In this document: one piece after another, positions 21,209 to 29,904 of the stretch
Layout of the letters: every line of letters begins with the position of its first letter
Numbering within the stretch: position 1 is the stretch's first letter
Source of the DNA: Phycisphaerales bacterium
Lineage (GTDB): Bacteria > Planctomycetota > Phycisphaerae > Phycisphaerales > UBA1924
Direction: 5' to 3'
Assembly (NCBI GenBank): GCA_026647565.1
Contig: JAPKGU010000001.1
Span: 13,458 to 77,457 of the forward strand
Length of the DNA: 64,000 nucleotides
Translations under genes and position numbers: made by a program
The notes under the pieces: generated by a model
What the model saw: only the letters and a program-made list of their open reading frames with translations
What the model was told of the DNA's origin: nothing
The model's database searches: none

Positions 21209-22710
21209 CGATGACGACCCCGACGGACCTTCCCCTCCCCGATGCCGATCCGCACGTCCCCGGCTCGCATCTCGCCGGAGTCCGCGACGTCACCCGCCGC
21301 CATTTCTTCTCCCAGATGAAGAACGGGGTCGGACTTCTCGCGCTCGCCTCACTCGCCCGCGGCTCCGCCCACGCCGCCGCTCCGCACCCCGCGACTCCGG
21401 CGCTCGCGCCCCGGCCTGCACACTTCATCCCGCGCGCCAAACGCATCGTCTACCTCCACATGGCCGGCTCCCCTCCCCAGCAGGACCTCTTCGACTACAA
21501 GCCCCGCCTCAACGACCTCGACGGCCAGCTCTGCCCCGAGTCTCTCCTTGAAAAGGAGCGGTTCGCGTTCATCAAGGGCCACCCGAAGATCCTCGGCTCA
21601 CCCTACAAGTTCGAAAGGGTCGGCAAGAGCGGCATGTGGGTCTCCAATCTCCTCCCCCACTTCCGCGCCATCGCCGACGACGTCGTCGTCGTCAGATCCA
21701 TGTACACGGACCAGTTCAATCACGCCCCCGCCGAGCTCTTCCTCTACACCGGGTCGCCCCGCCTCGGCCGCCCATCCATGGGCGCTTGGACGGTCTACGG
21801 ACTCGGCAGCGAGAACCAGAACCTCCCCGGATTCGTCGTGCTCCTCTCCGGCGGCGCCAATCCCTCATCCGGCAAGAGCGTGTGGGGAAGCGGCTTCCTT
21901 CCGACCGTGTACCAGGGCTGCCAGTGCCGCTCCGAGGGGGATCCGATTCTCTACGCCGGCAATCCCCCGGGCGTCTCCCGAGCGACCCGGCGCCAGGCAC
22001 TCGACGTCCTCGGCGCGATGAACCGCGTGCGTCAGGCCGCGCACGGCGACCCCGAGACGCTCAGCCGCGTGGAACAGTACGAACTCGCCTTCCGCATGCA
22101 GATGTCCGTCCCCGAAGTCACCGACCTCTCCAGCGAGCCGCCCGAAGTCATGCAGCTGTACGGCGCCGACCCATCAACGCCCAGCTTCGCCCGAAACTGT
22201 GTCCTCGCACGCCGCCTGCTCGAAAGAGGCGTCCGATACGTCCAGCTCTTCGACCACGGCTGGGACGTCCACGGCACTCACCCCGGCGACGACATCGTCA
22301 CGCAACTCCCCGCAAAGTGTCGGCAGACCGATCAAGCCGCCGCGGCACTCGTCCTCGATCTCAAACGGCGCGGCATGCTCGAGGACACCCTCGTCGTCTG
22401 GTCCGGAGAGTTCGGACGCACCGCGATGAACGAGGAACGCGCCGGCTCAAAGTTCTTGGGACGCGACCACCACCCCCACTGCTTCACCATCTGGATGGCC
22501 GGCGCCGGGCTGAAGAAAGGCCACGTCCACGGCGAAACCGACGAACTCGGCTACCGCATCACACGCGACCCCGTCCACATCCACGACCTCCAGGCAACCA
22601 TCATGCACGCGATGGGCATGAACCACGAGCAGCTCACCTACCGGTTTCAGGGTCGCGAGTTCCGGTTGACCGATGTCCACGGACAGGTCATCCACGATCT
22701 CTTCGCCTGA
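21205..22710 (+). CDS. DUF1501 (sulfatase-like) protein with TAT signal
   Basis: ATGA overlap with the upstream DUF1553 gene (the usual pairing). TRRHFF twin-arginine region. GRDHHPHCFTIWMAGAG is typical of DUF1501. Confidence 0.85.
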   Translation: MTMTTPTDLPLPDADPHVPGSHLAGVRDVTRRHFFSQMKNGVGLLALASLARGSAHAAAPHPATPALAPRPAHFIPRAKRIVYLHMAGSPPQQDLFDYKPRLNDLDGQLCPESLLEKERFAFIKGHPKILGSPYKFERVGKSGMWVSNLLPHFRAIADDVVVVRSMYTDQFNHAPAELFLYTGSPRLGRPSMGAWTVYGLGSENQNLPGFVVLLSGGANPSSGKSVWGSGFLPTVYQGCQCRSEGDPILYAGNPPGVSRATRRQALDVLGAMNRVRQAAHGDPETLSRVEQYELAFRMQMSVPEVTDLSSEPPEVMQLYGADPSTPSFARNCVLARRLLERGVRYVQLFDHGWDVHGTHPGDDIVTQLPAKCRQTDQAAAALVLDLKRRGMLEDTLVVWSGEFGRTAMNEERAGSKFLGRDHHPHCFTIWMAGAGLKKGHVHGETDELGYRITRDPVHIHDLQATIMHAMGMNHEQLTYRFQGREFRLTDVHGQVIHDLFA

Positions 22711-22893
22711 CCCGCAGGCCGAGGACGCCCAAACCCGACCCGCACCCCACCCCGCACCCCGAACACGCCCAGTGCCCGCCGGACGCTCCAGCGCCAGGGC
22801 ACCCCAAGGGACCCCGCGAACACCCAATTTCACCCGACGATTCGTCGCGTGCATTGACCATCCCGGCCCGGCTCCCTAACATCGCCCCACGAT

Positions 22894-22967
<74 letters not shown>

Positions 22968-22972
22968 TTGCC

Positions 22973-23007
22973 GGGCCGGTTGCGAAAGCGACCGGCCCTT
23001 TGGTTTT
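22973..23007 (+). terminator. Intrinsic terminator after tRNA-Met
   Basis: Stem GGGCCGGT / ACCGGCCC with a 10-nt loop, followed by TTTGGTTTT. Confidence 0.6.
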
Positions 23008-23014
23008 CAGGGAA

Positions 23015-23050
23015 CGCCGCCGAGAGACCTCGGCGGCGTTTTCGCGTTTT
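23015..23050 (+). terminator. Second intrinsic terminator
   Basis: Perfect 10-bp stem CGCCGCCGAG / CTCGGCGGCG, loop AGAC, followed by TTTTCGCGTTTT. Confidence 0.6.
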
Positions 23051-23232
23051 GGCCCATGTTCCGAAGGGTTCGCCAACCCGTCCGCCCATTGGACGAGTCT
23101 CTGCCGCGCGGCGTGTCCATAACCGGCTCTGGCCCACTTGGGCCTCACGGGCGCGATTTTGGCCCAAAGTCTCTCCGCGTCTCTCGTCGCCGGGTGCCCG
23201 GGTTATATGAGGTTCGTGCTCGCGAAGGCGGA

Positions 23233-23565
23233 ATGGATGCGGTTGCAACCGTGATCCGCTGGCTATCGCGCCACGCGGCGCGCGACTTTTGCATAAAGGC
23301 ATGCGGTGATGCGGCTGTGATCGTCGCGGCCATTCTCTCCGGCACGGAGCTCACCGTGATCTCAAACACCCGGCCCGAGTCCATGACGCCTGCGGAGCGC
23401 GACGCGGAAGTGGCGAGCATCTTCGCCCGCGGCCTTGCGCGGGCCATCCATGCGGAACGTTCGCGTTCCACCCGGGAGGCGAGCGACCTGGCGAAATCTG
23501 ACGCCGATCGACTTGAACTTCCGCAGCATGCGGACCTCAGTGTCTCCGCACGGCCCCGGGGTTAG
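23233..23565 (+). CDS. Hypothetical protein
   Basis: Internal ATG of the 23056 ORF with GGCGGA upstream. No domain recognised and the coding status is uncertain. Confidence 0.35.
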   Translation: MDAVATVIRWLSRHAARDFCIKACGDAAVIVAAILSGTELTVISNTRPESMTPAERDAEVASIFARGLARAIHAERSRSTREASDLAKSDADRLELPQHADLSVSARPRG

Positions 23566-23594
23566 GGCTCCGGACCATGCGAAGAGGAACCCCC

Positions 23595-24101
23595 ATGCCC
23601 GATGCGATTGAACGACAACTCGGCGAGCTTCAGCGGATGACCACCAGCGACTTGGTGGACCGCTACGAGGAACTCCACGGTCACGCCTGCCGTACGCGCC
23701 ACCGCGCCTATCTGATCCGCAAGATCGCGTGGCGCATCCAGGCCAACGCGGAGGGCGACCTGAGCGAGCGAGCCAAGCGGCGGGCGGCGGAACTCGCCGA
23801 CGACGCCGAGATCCGGACGATGGCTCCCCGCTCGTACACCTCGCCGCCGCAGCCCGGCGAGATCCGCACCTGCGTGCGGTCGCTCGACCCGCGCGACCGG
23901 CGCGATCCCCGGCTGCCGCCGCCCGGCTCCGCGATCGTCCGCCAGTACAAGGGGCGGACGATCCGGGTGATGGTGCTCGCGGACGGTGAAGGCTTCGAGT
24001 TCGACGGCGAGCGGTACGGCACGCTCTCGGTGATCGCCAAGAAGGTGACGGGCCAGCACATCAACGGGTACCGCTTCTTCGGATTGCGGGGTGGGCGATG
24101 A
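23595..24101 (+). CDS. DUF2924 family protein (recombinase-associated)
   Basis: The C-terminal GSAIVRQYKGRTIRVMVLADGEGFEFDGERYGTLSVIAKKVTGQHINGYRFFGL matches the DUF2924 pattern as remembered. AGAGGA lies 6 nt before the ATG at 23595. The stop overlaps the recombinase start (ATGA). Confidence 0.7.
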   Translation: MPDAIERQLGELQRMTTSDLVDRYEELHGHACRTRHRAYLIRKIAWRIQANAEGDLSERAKRRAAELADDAEIRTMAPRSYTSPPQPGEIRTCVRSLDPRDRRDPRLPPPGSAIVRQYKGRTIRVMVLADGEGFEFDGERYGTLSVIAKKVTGQHINGYRFFGLRGGR

Positions 24102-25549
24102 CCAAGCGAGGCCGAACGCCCAGCGTGCCGCCATCGCGGGAACGGGGCGCGGGAGCGCCCGGGCCGATCCGGTGCGCGATCTACACCCGCAAGAGCAGCG
24201 AGGAGGGGCTCGAACTCGAGTTCAACTCCCTCGACGCCCAGCGGGAGGCGGCGGAGGCGTACATCGCCAGCCAGCGGAACGAAGGGTGGATCTGCCTTCC
24301 GGACCGCTACGACGACGGCGGGTTCTCCGGCGGCAGCATGGAACGGCCAGCGCTGGAGCAGCTCCTGAAGGACATCGAGGCCGGCAAGGTTGACTGCGTC
24401 GTGGTCTACAAGGTGGACCGACTGAGCCGTTCGCTCATGGACTTCGCCCGCATCATGCAAACGTTCGACCGCAAGGGCGTCTCGTTCGTCTCGGTGACAC
24501 AGCAGTTCAACACCACGAGCTCGATGGGGCGGCTGACGCTCCACATCCTGCTCTCGTTCGCCCAGTTCGAGCGTGAGATCATCGGCGAGCGGATCCGCGA
24601 CAAGATTGCCGCCCAGAAGCGCCGGGGCAAATGGGCGGGCGGCGTGCCCATCCTCGGCTACGACGTCGACCGGTCCAGCGGCAGTCCCCGCTTGGTCGCC
24701 AATCCCCGCGAGGCAGCCAAGGTCCGCGAGATCTTCAAGATCTACCTCGACAAGGGGTCGCTCCAGCGTGCCGTCACCGAACTCAGGCACCGGGAGTGGA
24801 AGAACAAGCGCCGGGTGACCAAGAAGGGGGTCAGCGTCGGCGGCCAGCCCTTCAACACGGGCACCCTCCACGTTCTTCTGACCAACCCGCTTCTGACGGG
24901 CAAGATCGTCCACCGGGGCAACACCTACGACGGCGAGCACGAGGCGATCGTCGATCCCGCGTTGTTCGAGCGCGTCCGCCAGCAACTCCTCGAGAACGGT
25001 CGGACCGGTGGTATCGAGATGCGCAACAAGTACGGGGCACTCCTGCGTGGGCTCCTGCGCTGCAAGAAGTGCGACTGCGCCATGATCCACACCTTCTACG
25101 GCAAGCGGAACAAGCAGTACCGCTACTACCGCTGTCTGGAAGCCATCAAGAACGGGGCGCACACCTGCGAGGCGTCGTCGCTGCCAGGGCTGGAGATCGA
25201 GAAGCTCGTGGTCGACGAGATCCGCACCCTCGGCGGCGACCGCGAGCTGCTGGATCGCATTCTCGCCGAGGCCCAGGTGAACGTTGACCAGGAACTCGCG
25301 GCGCTCAGGACGGAGCGGGCGTCGATCCACGCCTCGCTCGGCCGATTGGAGCAGGAACTGCGGGAACTGGTGGCGGACAGGAGCGGGACCGCCGCCGCGA
25401 CCGCCCGGCTCGCCGCCGCCCACGAGCGGGTCAGCGGCGCGGCGAGCTCGCCGACGTCCCGTGGGACCAGCTCAGCGAGCACCGTATCGAGCCGGTGTTC
25501 GCGGGCTGGCTCGCGCTTTCGGACGCCAAGCAGCGCGAAGTGCAGATGA
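24098..25549 (+). CDS. Large serine recombinase (resolvase catalytic domain, recombinase domain, zinc ribbon, coiled coil); 3' end probably frame-disrupted
   Basis: CAIYTRKSS...SLDAQRE catalytic Ser region, VVVYKVDRLSRS, GGVPILGYD and zinc ribbon CKKCDCAM...YYRC. The last ~35 residues (ASSPTSRGTSSASTVSSRCSRAGSRF) look like out-of-frame translation. Confidence 0.85.
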   Translation: MTKRGRTPSVPPSRERGAGAPGPIRCAIYTRKSSEEGLELEFNSLDAQREAAEAYIASQRNEGWICLPDRYDDGGFSGGSMERPALEQLLKDIEAGKVDCVVVYKVDRLSRSLMDFARIMQTFDRKGVSFVSVTQQFNTTSSMGRLTLHILLSFAQFEREIIGERIRDKIAAQKRRGKWAGGVPILGYDVDRSSGSPRLVANPREAAKVREIFKIYLDKGSLQRAVTELRHREWKNKRRVTKKGVSVGGQPFNTGTLHVLLTNPLLTGKIVHRGNTYDGEHEAIVDPALFERVRQQLLENGRTGGIEMRNKYGALLRGLLRCKKCDCAMIHTFYGKRNKQYRYYRCLEAIKNGAHTCEASSLPGLEIEKLVVDEIRTLGGDRELLDRILAEAQVNVDQELAALRTERASIHASLGRLEQELRELVADRSGTAAATARLAAAHERVSGAASSPTSRGTSSASTVSSRCSRAGSRFRTPSSAKCR

Positions 25550-26550
25550 TCATCCGCGACGTCAACGAACTCGCCGATCACCGCGGCGTGGCCGTGCTTG
25601 CGGAGGGCATCCTCGCTCGCCACCCCGACCGGGCCGAGGACTTCTCCGCGCAGCGCAGCAAGGCCGACAAGGCGATGTGGTCGTACCTGTACGCGCCGGA
25701 GGTCTTCAATGACGCGGCGATGTTCGCCCGCGCCGATGCTTTGACCGGAGGCCGCCTCTGGAACCGCCGCAACGGCCTGCCCAAGCGCCAGCTCGACGAT
25801 CCCGAGTCGTTGTGCGGCCCGCTCGGTGAAGCACTTTCATCGGTGTATGCGCCGGCCCAGCTGCGCGGCAAACAGTGCATGGTGGAGCACTACCGCCGCG
25901 CTGACGGCGCGGACTATTTCTTCGCGTACCTCGACGACTACCCCGACAAGCACCTGGTCTTCGACGGCAACGACAGCCAGCCGATCGTGCGCTGGGATCG
26001 GTACGCCTTCGAGAACGTGTTCGTCTACAGCGGCGATGAGGGAGTCCTCGAGATCGTCGCGCCCGGTGGCGGGAAGATGTGGACGACGCTGCAGGTGGCG
26101 TTTTGCAAGGCCGTGCTCAAGAAGGACATCCCGCCGGCGGACCCGCTCAAGCCGTCGTATCGCCTCGACCATCTGCTCCAGAACGATTTCCCGCTTCCCA
26201 CCGATCCTGCCGATCGCGTCGAGGACGCCCGTATCACGCGGCTGCGCATCGTGCCGCGCGGCGGAGGCGGACACATCGAGATCAAGGCCGATCCGCGCGG
26301 CGACCGCAACGACATCTACCGCAAGATGGACCGCTGGCTGCGCCGCGAGAACCTGCCAGTCGAAGGGCTGCGCATCGTCCAGGCGACGTTCTCGCTCCGT
26401 CTCGTCCACAACGGTGTTGGTCGCCAGCCAACGCTGACGTTCGAGGTCTCGGTCCCACACTCCAGCAACCTCAAGAGCAAGCCCGACGAGGTTCGCGTCA
26501 TCGGCGCGCGTTGCCTGCGCCGTTGGGAGGTGACCGATGACCAAGGCTGA
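25546..26550 (+). CDS. Hypothetical protein (or C-terminal continuation of the recombinase reading frame)
   Basis: ATG at 25546 overlaps the recombinase stop (ATGA). The frame is open from 25441 (GTG at 25495). High third-position GC throughout. No domain recognised. Confidence 0.5.
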   Translation: MIIRDVNELADHRGVAVLAEGILARHPDRAEDFSAQRSKADKAMWSYLYAPEVFNDAAMFARADALTGGRLWNRRNGLPKRQLDDPESLCGPLGEALSSVYAPAQLRGKQCMVEHYRRADGADYFFAYLDDYPDKHLVFDGNDSQPIVRWDRYAFENVFVYSGDEGVLEIVAPGGGKMWTTLQVAFCKAVLKKDIPPADPLKPSYRLDHLLQNDFPLPTDPADRVEDARITRLRIVPRGGGGHIEIKADPRGDRNDIYRKMDRWLRRENLPVEGLRIVQATFSLRLVHNGVGRQPTLTFEVSVPHSSNLKSKPDEVRVIGARCLRRWEVTDDQG

Positions 26551-27442
26551 TCTCTTCCGGATGCTGCTCGTCGCGGCGGATATGCCGGGGTTACTCTTCG
26601 ACCACTCAGAAGTGTCGCGCTGGCCGACAGGGGCGCTCGACGACCTGCTGAGGTCACACTTGGTGCGTCCCGCTCAGACGGGGCTCACCGCGCCGTGTCC
26701 CCACTGCGACGACGGCCACGTCGAATCGGTGACGGTCGTCGCGCCGTCGGACGACACCGAGAAGCCGCGGTACTTCATCTCCTGCCCGGAGTCGCTCAAG
26801 GTCGAGGTCACCGAGGAGATGTGCCGTGGCTGGTCGGTTGACTTAGACGGCTTGGCAGTCACGCTCGCATCGGCACTCGCCGTCTCCACGCCGAAGCCGG
26901 TGGTTCCGGGGCGATTCTGGCGGCTCGGCCGGATGCAGCTGCGCGACACCACACGCGAGGTCGTTTTCGCGGCGCGACTTGCCGATGACGACGCGGAGGC
27001 GCTGATGCGGCACGTCAGCACTGGCGGACGTGCGGTGGTGTTCGTCCCGCACCGGGTGCCCGACCCGGGCCGATGGCCAGGTAGGGCACCCGCCGTGATC
27101 GCCATGCATGACGTGGCCGCGATGGCCGACGACAACATCGTGCTTGATCCGGAAGCGGTCCTTGAAGCGATCGACATCGCCGACAGGAACGCAGAATCTC
27201 GCGGAGAGATCCCCGAGGAGAAGCTGACCGCCAAGCGGATCGAGCGCGGGGTCCGCAAGGTCATCGAGAACATGGTGTCCGACGACGCACTCGTCCGGGC
27301 ATACGTGACTCACGGCTCCTATCGGAAGGCCGCTGGCCAACGTGAAGCCGTACGAGAAGAACCCCCGCAAGAACGAGGGCGCGATCGACGCGGTGGCCAA
27401 GAGCATCGCGGAGTTCGGGTTCCGCGTCCCGATCGTCGTTGA
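26537..27442 (+). CDS. Hypothetical protein with a CPHC...C cysteine cluster
   Basis: GGGAGG lies 6 nt before the ATG at 26537, with a 14-nt overlap with the upstream ORF. The last ~100 nt overlap the methyltransferase gene out of frame, so the true 3' end is uncertain. Confidence 0.5.
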   Translation: MTKADLFRMLLVAADMPGLLFDHSEVSRWPTGALDDLLRSHLVRPAQTGLTAPCPHCDDGHVESVTVVAPSDDTEKPRYFISCPESLKVEVTEEMCRGWSVDLDGLAVTLASALAVSTPKPVVPGRFWRLGRMQLRDTTREVVFAARLADDDAEALMRHVSTGGRAVVFVPHRVPDPGRWPGRAPAVIAMHDVAAMADDNIVLDPEAVLEAIDIADRNAESRGEIPEEKLTAKRIERGVRKVIENMVSDDALVRAYVTHGSYRKAAGQREAVREEPPQERGRDRRGGQEHRGVRVPRPDRR

Positions 27443-28640
27443 CAGCGAGGGCGTGGTGATCGCCGGGCACACGCGGCTCAAAGCCGCCGAGAAGCTAGGG
27501 CTCGCGGAGGTGCCCGTGCACATCGCCCGCGAGCTCACCGCCGACCAGGTGCGGGCGCTGCGGATCGCAGACAACAAGTTGCACGAATTGTCTTCGTGGG
27601 ACATGGAGCTGCTGCCGCTGGAACTGGCGGACCTGCGGTCGGTCGACTTCGATCTCGCGCTGCTGGGCTTCAGCGCCGAGGACCTCGCGGCGATCATGGC
27701 TCCCGCCGGCAACGAGGGGCTCGTCGACCCTGACGACGTGCCCGCGCCGCCCGACGCTGCGACGACGGTCCCCGGCGATATCTGGGTGCTGGGCAACCAC
27801 CGCCTGATGTGCGGCGACTCGTCCAAGCCGGAGGAGCTGGATCGACTGCTGGATGGCCAACCGATCCACCTCGTCAACACCGATCCGCCGTACAACGTGA
27901 AGGTCGAGCCGCGGAGCAACAACGCGATCGCGGCCGGGCTGTCGTCGTTCACCTCCACGCAGCGCAAGGACACGAGCGCCGGCGACCAGCAGTCGGCGGA
28001 CCTGCACCGCTACCCCGAGAAGTCCAAGCCGACGCACAAGAAGCTCCGGGCCAAGGACCGCCCCCTGGCCAACGACTTCGTGTCCGACCAGGAGTTCGAC
28101 CGCCTGCTGGCGGCGTGGTTCGGGAACATCGCCCGCGTGCTCATCCCCGGCGGCGGGTTCTACATCTGGGGCGGCTACGCGAACTGCGCCAACTACCCGC
28201 CGGTGCTCAATGCGATGGAGTTGTACTTCAGCCAGGCGGTGATCTGGATCAAGGAGCACCCGGTCCTGACGCGCAAGGACTTCATGGGCAACCACGAGTG
28301 GTGCTTCTACGGCTGGAAGGAAGGCGCGGCGCACCGCTTCTTCGGCCCCAACAACGTGCCGGACACGTGGAGCATCAAGAAGGTCAATCCGCAGAGCATG
28401 GTCCACCTGACGGAGAAGCCGGTGGAACTGGCCCGACGCGCGATCGAGTTCTCATCGCGTCCCGGAGAGAACGTGCTCGACCTCTTCGGCGGCAGCGGGA
28501 GCACGCTCATCGGCGCGGAGATGACGGGGCGGCGAGCGTACCTGATGGAACTCGACCCGCTCTACTGCGACGTCATCGTGCAGCGGTGGGAGAAGTTCAC
28601 GGGGCGGAAGGCGGAGCGGCTGAGCGCCGCGACCGTCTGA
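27342..28640 (+). CDS. ParB-like nuclease domain fused to an N4/N6 DNA methyltransferase (beta class)
   Basis: ParB-N motifs KPYEKNPRKN and VVIAGHTRLKAAEKLG. Motif IV DPPY precedes motif I LDLFGGSGSTLIGAE. GTG start. Confidence 0.85.
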   Translation: MKPYEKNPRKNEGAIDAVAKSIAEFGFRVPIVVDSEGVVIAGHTRLKAAEKLGLAEVPVHIARELTADQVRALRIADNKLHELSSWDMELLPLELADLRSVDFDLALLGFSAEDLAAIMAPAGNEGLVDPDDVPAPPDAATTVPGDIWVLGNHRLMCGDSSKPEELDRLLDGQPIHLVNTDPPYNVKVEPRSNNAIAAGLSSFTSTQRKDTSAGDQQSADLHRYPEKSKPTHKKLRAKDRPLANDFVSDQEFDRLLAAWFGNIARVLIPGGGFYIWGGYANCANYPPVLNAMELYFSQAVIWIKEHPVLTRKDFMGNHEWCFYGWKEGAAHRFFGPNNVPDTWSIKKVNPQSMVHLTEKPVELARRAIEFSSRPGENVLDLFGGSGSTLIGAEMTGRRAYLMELDPLYCDVIVQRWEKFTGRKAERLSAATV

Positions 28641-29798
28641 TCACTTCTCGTCGCCGGTCAGGATCTGGAGGTACTTGTGGTACGCGAACACCCGATCACG
28701 CTGCTTGCCGCTGACCTCGCGGAGGATGCCCGCGTCGGCGGCGATCTCGACGGCCTTCCGCGCCGTGGGCGCGGTGATCTTCAGCAGCTTCGCCACGCGT
28801 GCGGTGGTGACGACCGGGTGGTCGGGGAGCAGGTCGAGCAGTTGGAGCGCCGCCACCGTCGACCGCTTGTCGGAGGCCAGGCGGCGACGGTCCTTGCCGA
28901 GCAGTTCGAACAGCCCGCCAGCAACCTCGACCCCGTCGTCGGCCGCCTCGCGGACGCAGGACAGGAAGAACGCCGTCCACCCTTCCCAGTCGCCCTCGGT
29001 CCTGACCGCGGAGAGGCGGGCGTAGTACTCGCTCTGGTGCCGCTTGAACGCCAGGCTCAGGTACAGCAGCGGGCTGGGCATGAGCTTCCAGTGCTCCAGG
29101 AGCAGCGCGATCAGCAGGCGGCCGATGCGTCCGTTGCCGTCGAGGAAGGGGTGGATGGTCTCGAACTGCACGTGCGCGAGGCCGCACTTGATGAGGGGCG
29201 GGAGGGCATCGTCGCTGTGGATCCAGCGCTCCAGCCGCGTCATCGCCTCGGGGACGTCTTCCGCCGGGGGCGGCACGAACCTGGCGTTGCCCGGGCGTGT
29301 CCCGCCGATCCAGTTCTGTGTGCGGCGGATCTCGCCCGGAGCTTTGTCCGCGCCGCGCACGCCCTTCATGAGTCGTCTGTGGCTCTCGCAGAGAAGCCGA
29401 ACGCTGAGCGGCAACCCGCTGGGCTTGGCCAGTTCGGAGCGTGCGTACTTGATCGCCTCGACGTAGTTGCAGACCTCCTCGACATCGTGCGGCCTCTGGG
29501 CCTCCTTGGTCGCCTCGAACGTGACCACCTCGCGCAGCGTCGCCTGCGTGCCTTCGATCTGCGAGGTGATGACCGCCTCCTTGCGGACGAAGCCGTAGAG
29601 GAACCAGCCGGTGCTGGGGACCATCCGGCCCGCGACCTCCAGGCGGGCCAGGCCCGTGAGCGCGTCGGCGTGCAGCCGGTCGATGTCCCCGGCGGTCTGG
29701 AGGGCCGGGTCGGCCGGGGGCAAGGGGTGGGGAATGAACGCCCGGAAGGACTCCCCGGCGGCGGCGGATGTGCGGTAGGTGCCGGTCGTTCTGGGCAT
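28641..29798 (-). CDS. Class II Fic family protein (AMPylase-type) with Fic_N and C-terminal winged-helix domains
   Basis: Canonical HPFLDGNGRIGR active-site motif. N-terminal inhibitory motif TSQIEG ([ST]xxxE[GN]). C-terminal wHTH-like TARVAKLLKITAPTARKAV. Confidence 0.9.
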   Translation of the reverse strand: MPRTTGTYRTSAAAGESFRAFIPHPLPPADPALQTAGDIDRLHADALTGLARLEVAGRMVPSTGWFLYGFVRKEAVITSQIEGTQATLREVVTFEATKEAQRPHDVEEVCNYVEAIKYARSELAKPSGLPLSVRLLCESHRRLMKGVRGADKAPGEIRRTQNWIGGTRPGNARFVPPPAEDVPEAMTRLERWIHSDDALPPLIKCGLAHVQFETIHPFLDGNGRIGRLLIALLLEHWKLMPSPLLYLSLAFKRHQSEYYARLSAVRTEGDWEGWTAFFLSCVREAADDGVEVAGGLFELLGKDRRRLASDKRSTVAALQLLDLLPDHPVVTTARVAKLLKITAPTARKAVEIAADAGILREVSGKQRDRVFAYHKYLQILTGDEK

Positions 29799-29835
29799 CG
29801 CTGTGAAACGCTCCTTTCCGAGCGGCTGAGTCTAG

Positions 29836-29884
29836 GAAACGATCGTTTCTTTGTCGAGCCTGCTGCGCAACGATCGTTTCTTTG
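29836..29884. promoter_or_regulatory. Duplicated operator-like site upstream of fic: 16-nt direct repeat AACGATCGTTTCTTTG (29838-29853 and 29869-29884); first copy lies within the perfect palindrome GAAACGATCGTTTC
   Basis: Read directly. The copies are 31 nt apart (about 3 helical turns), 38-86 nt upstream of the Fic ATG. Confidence 0.4.
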
Positions 29885-29904
29885 CGCTTCCGGCGGTGCG
29901 TCAC

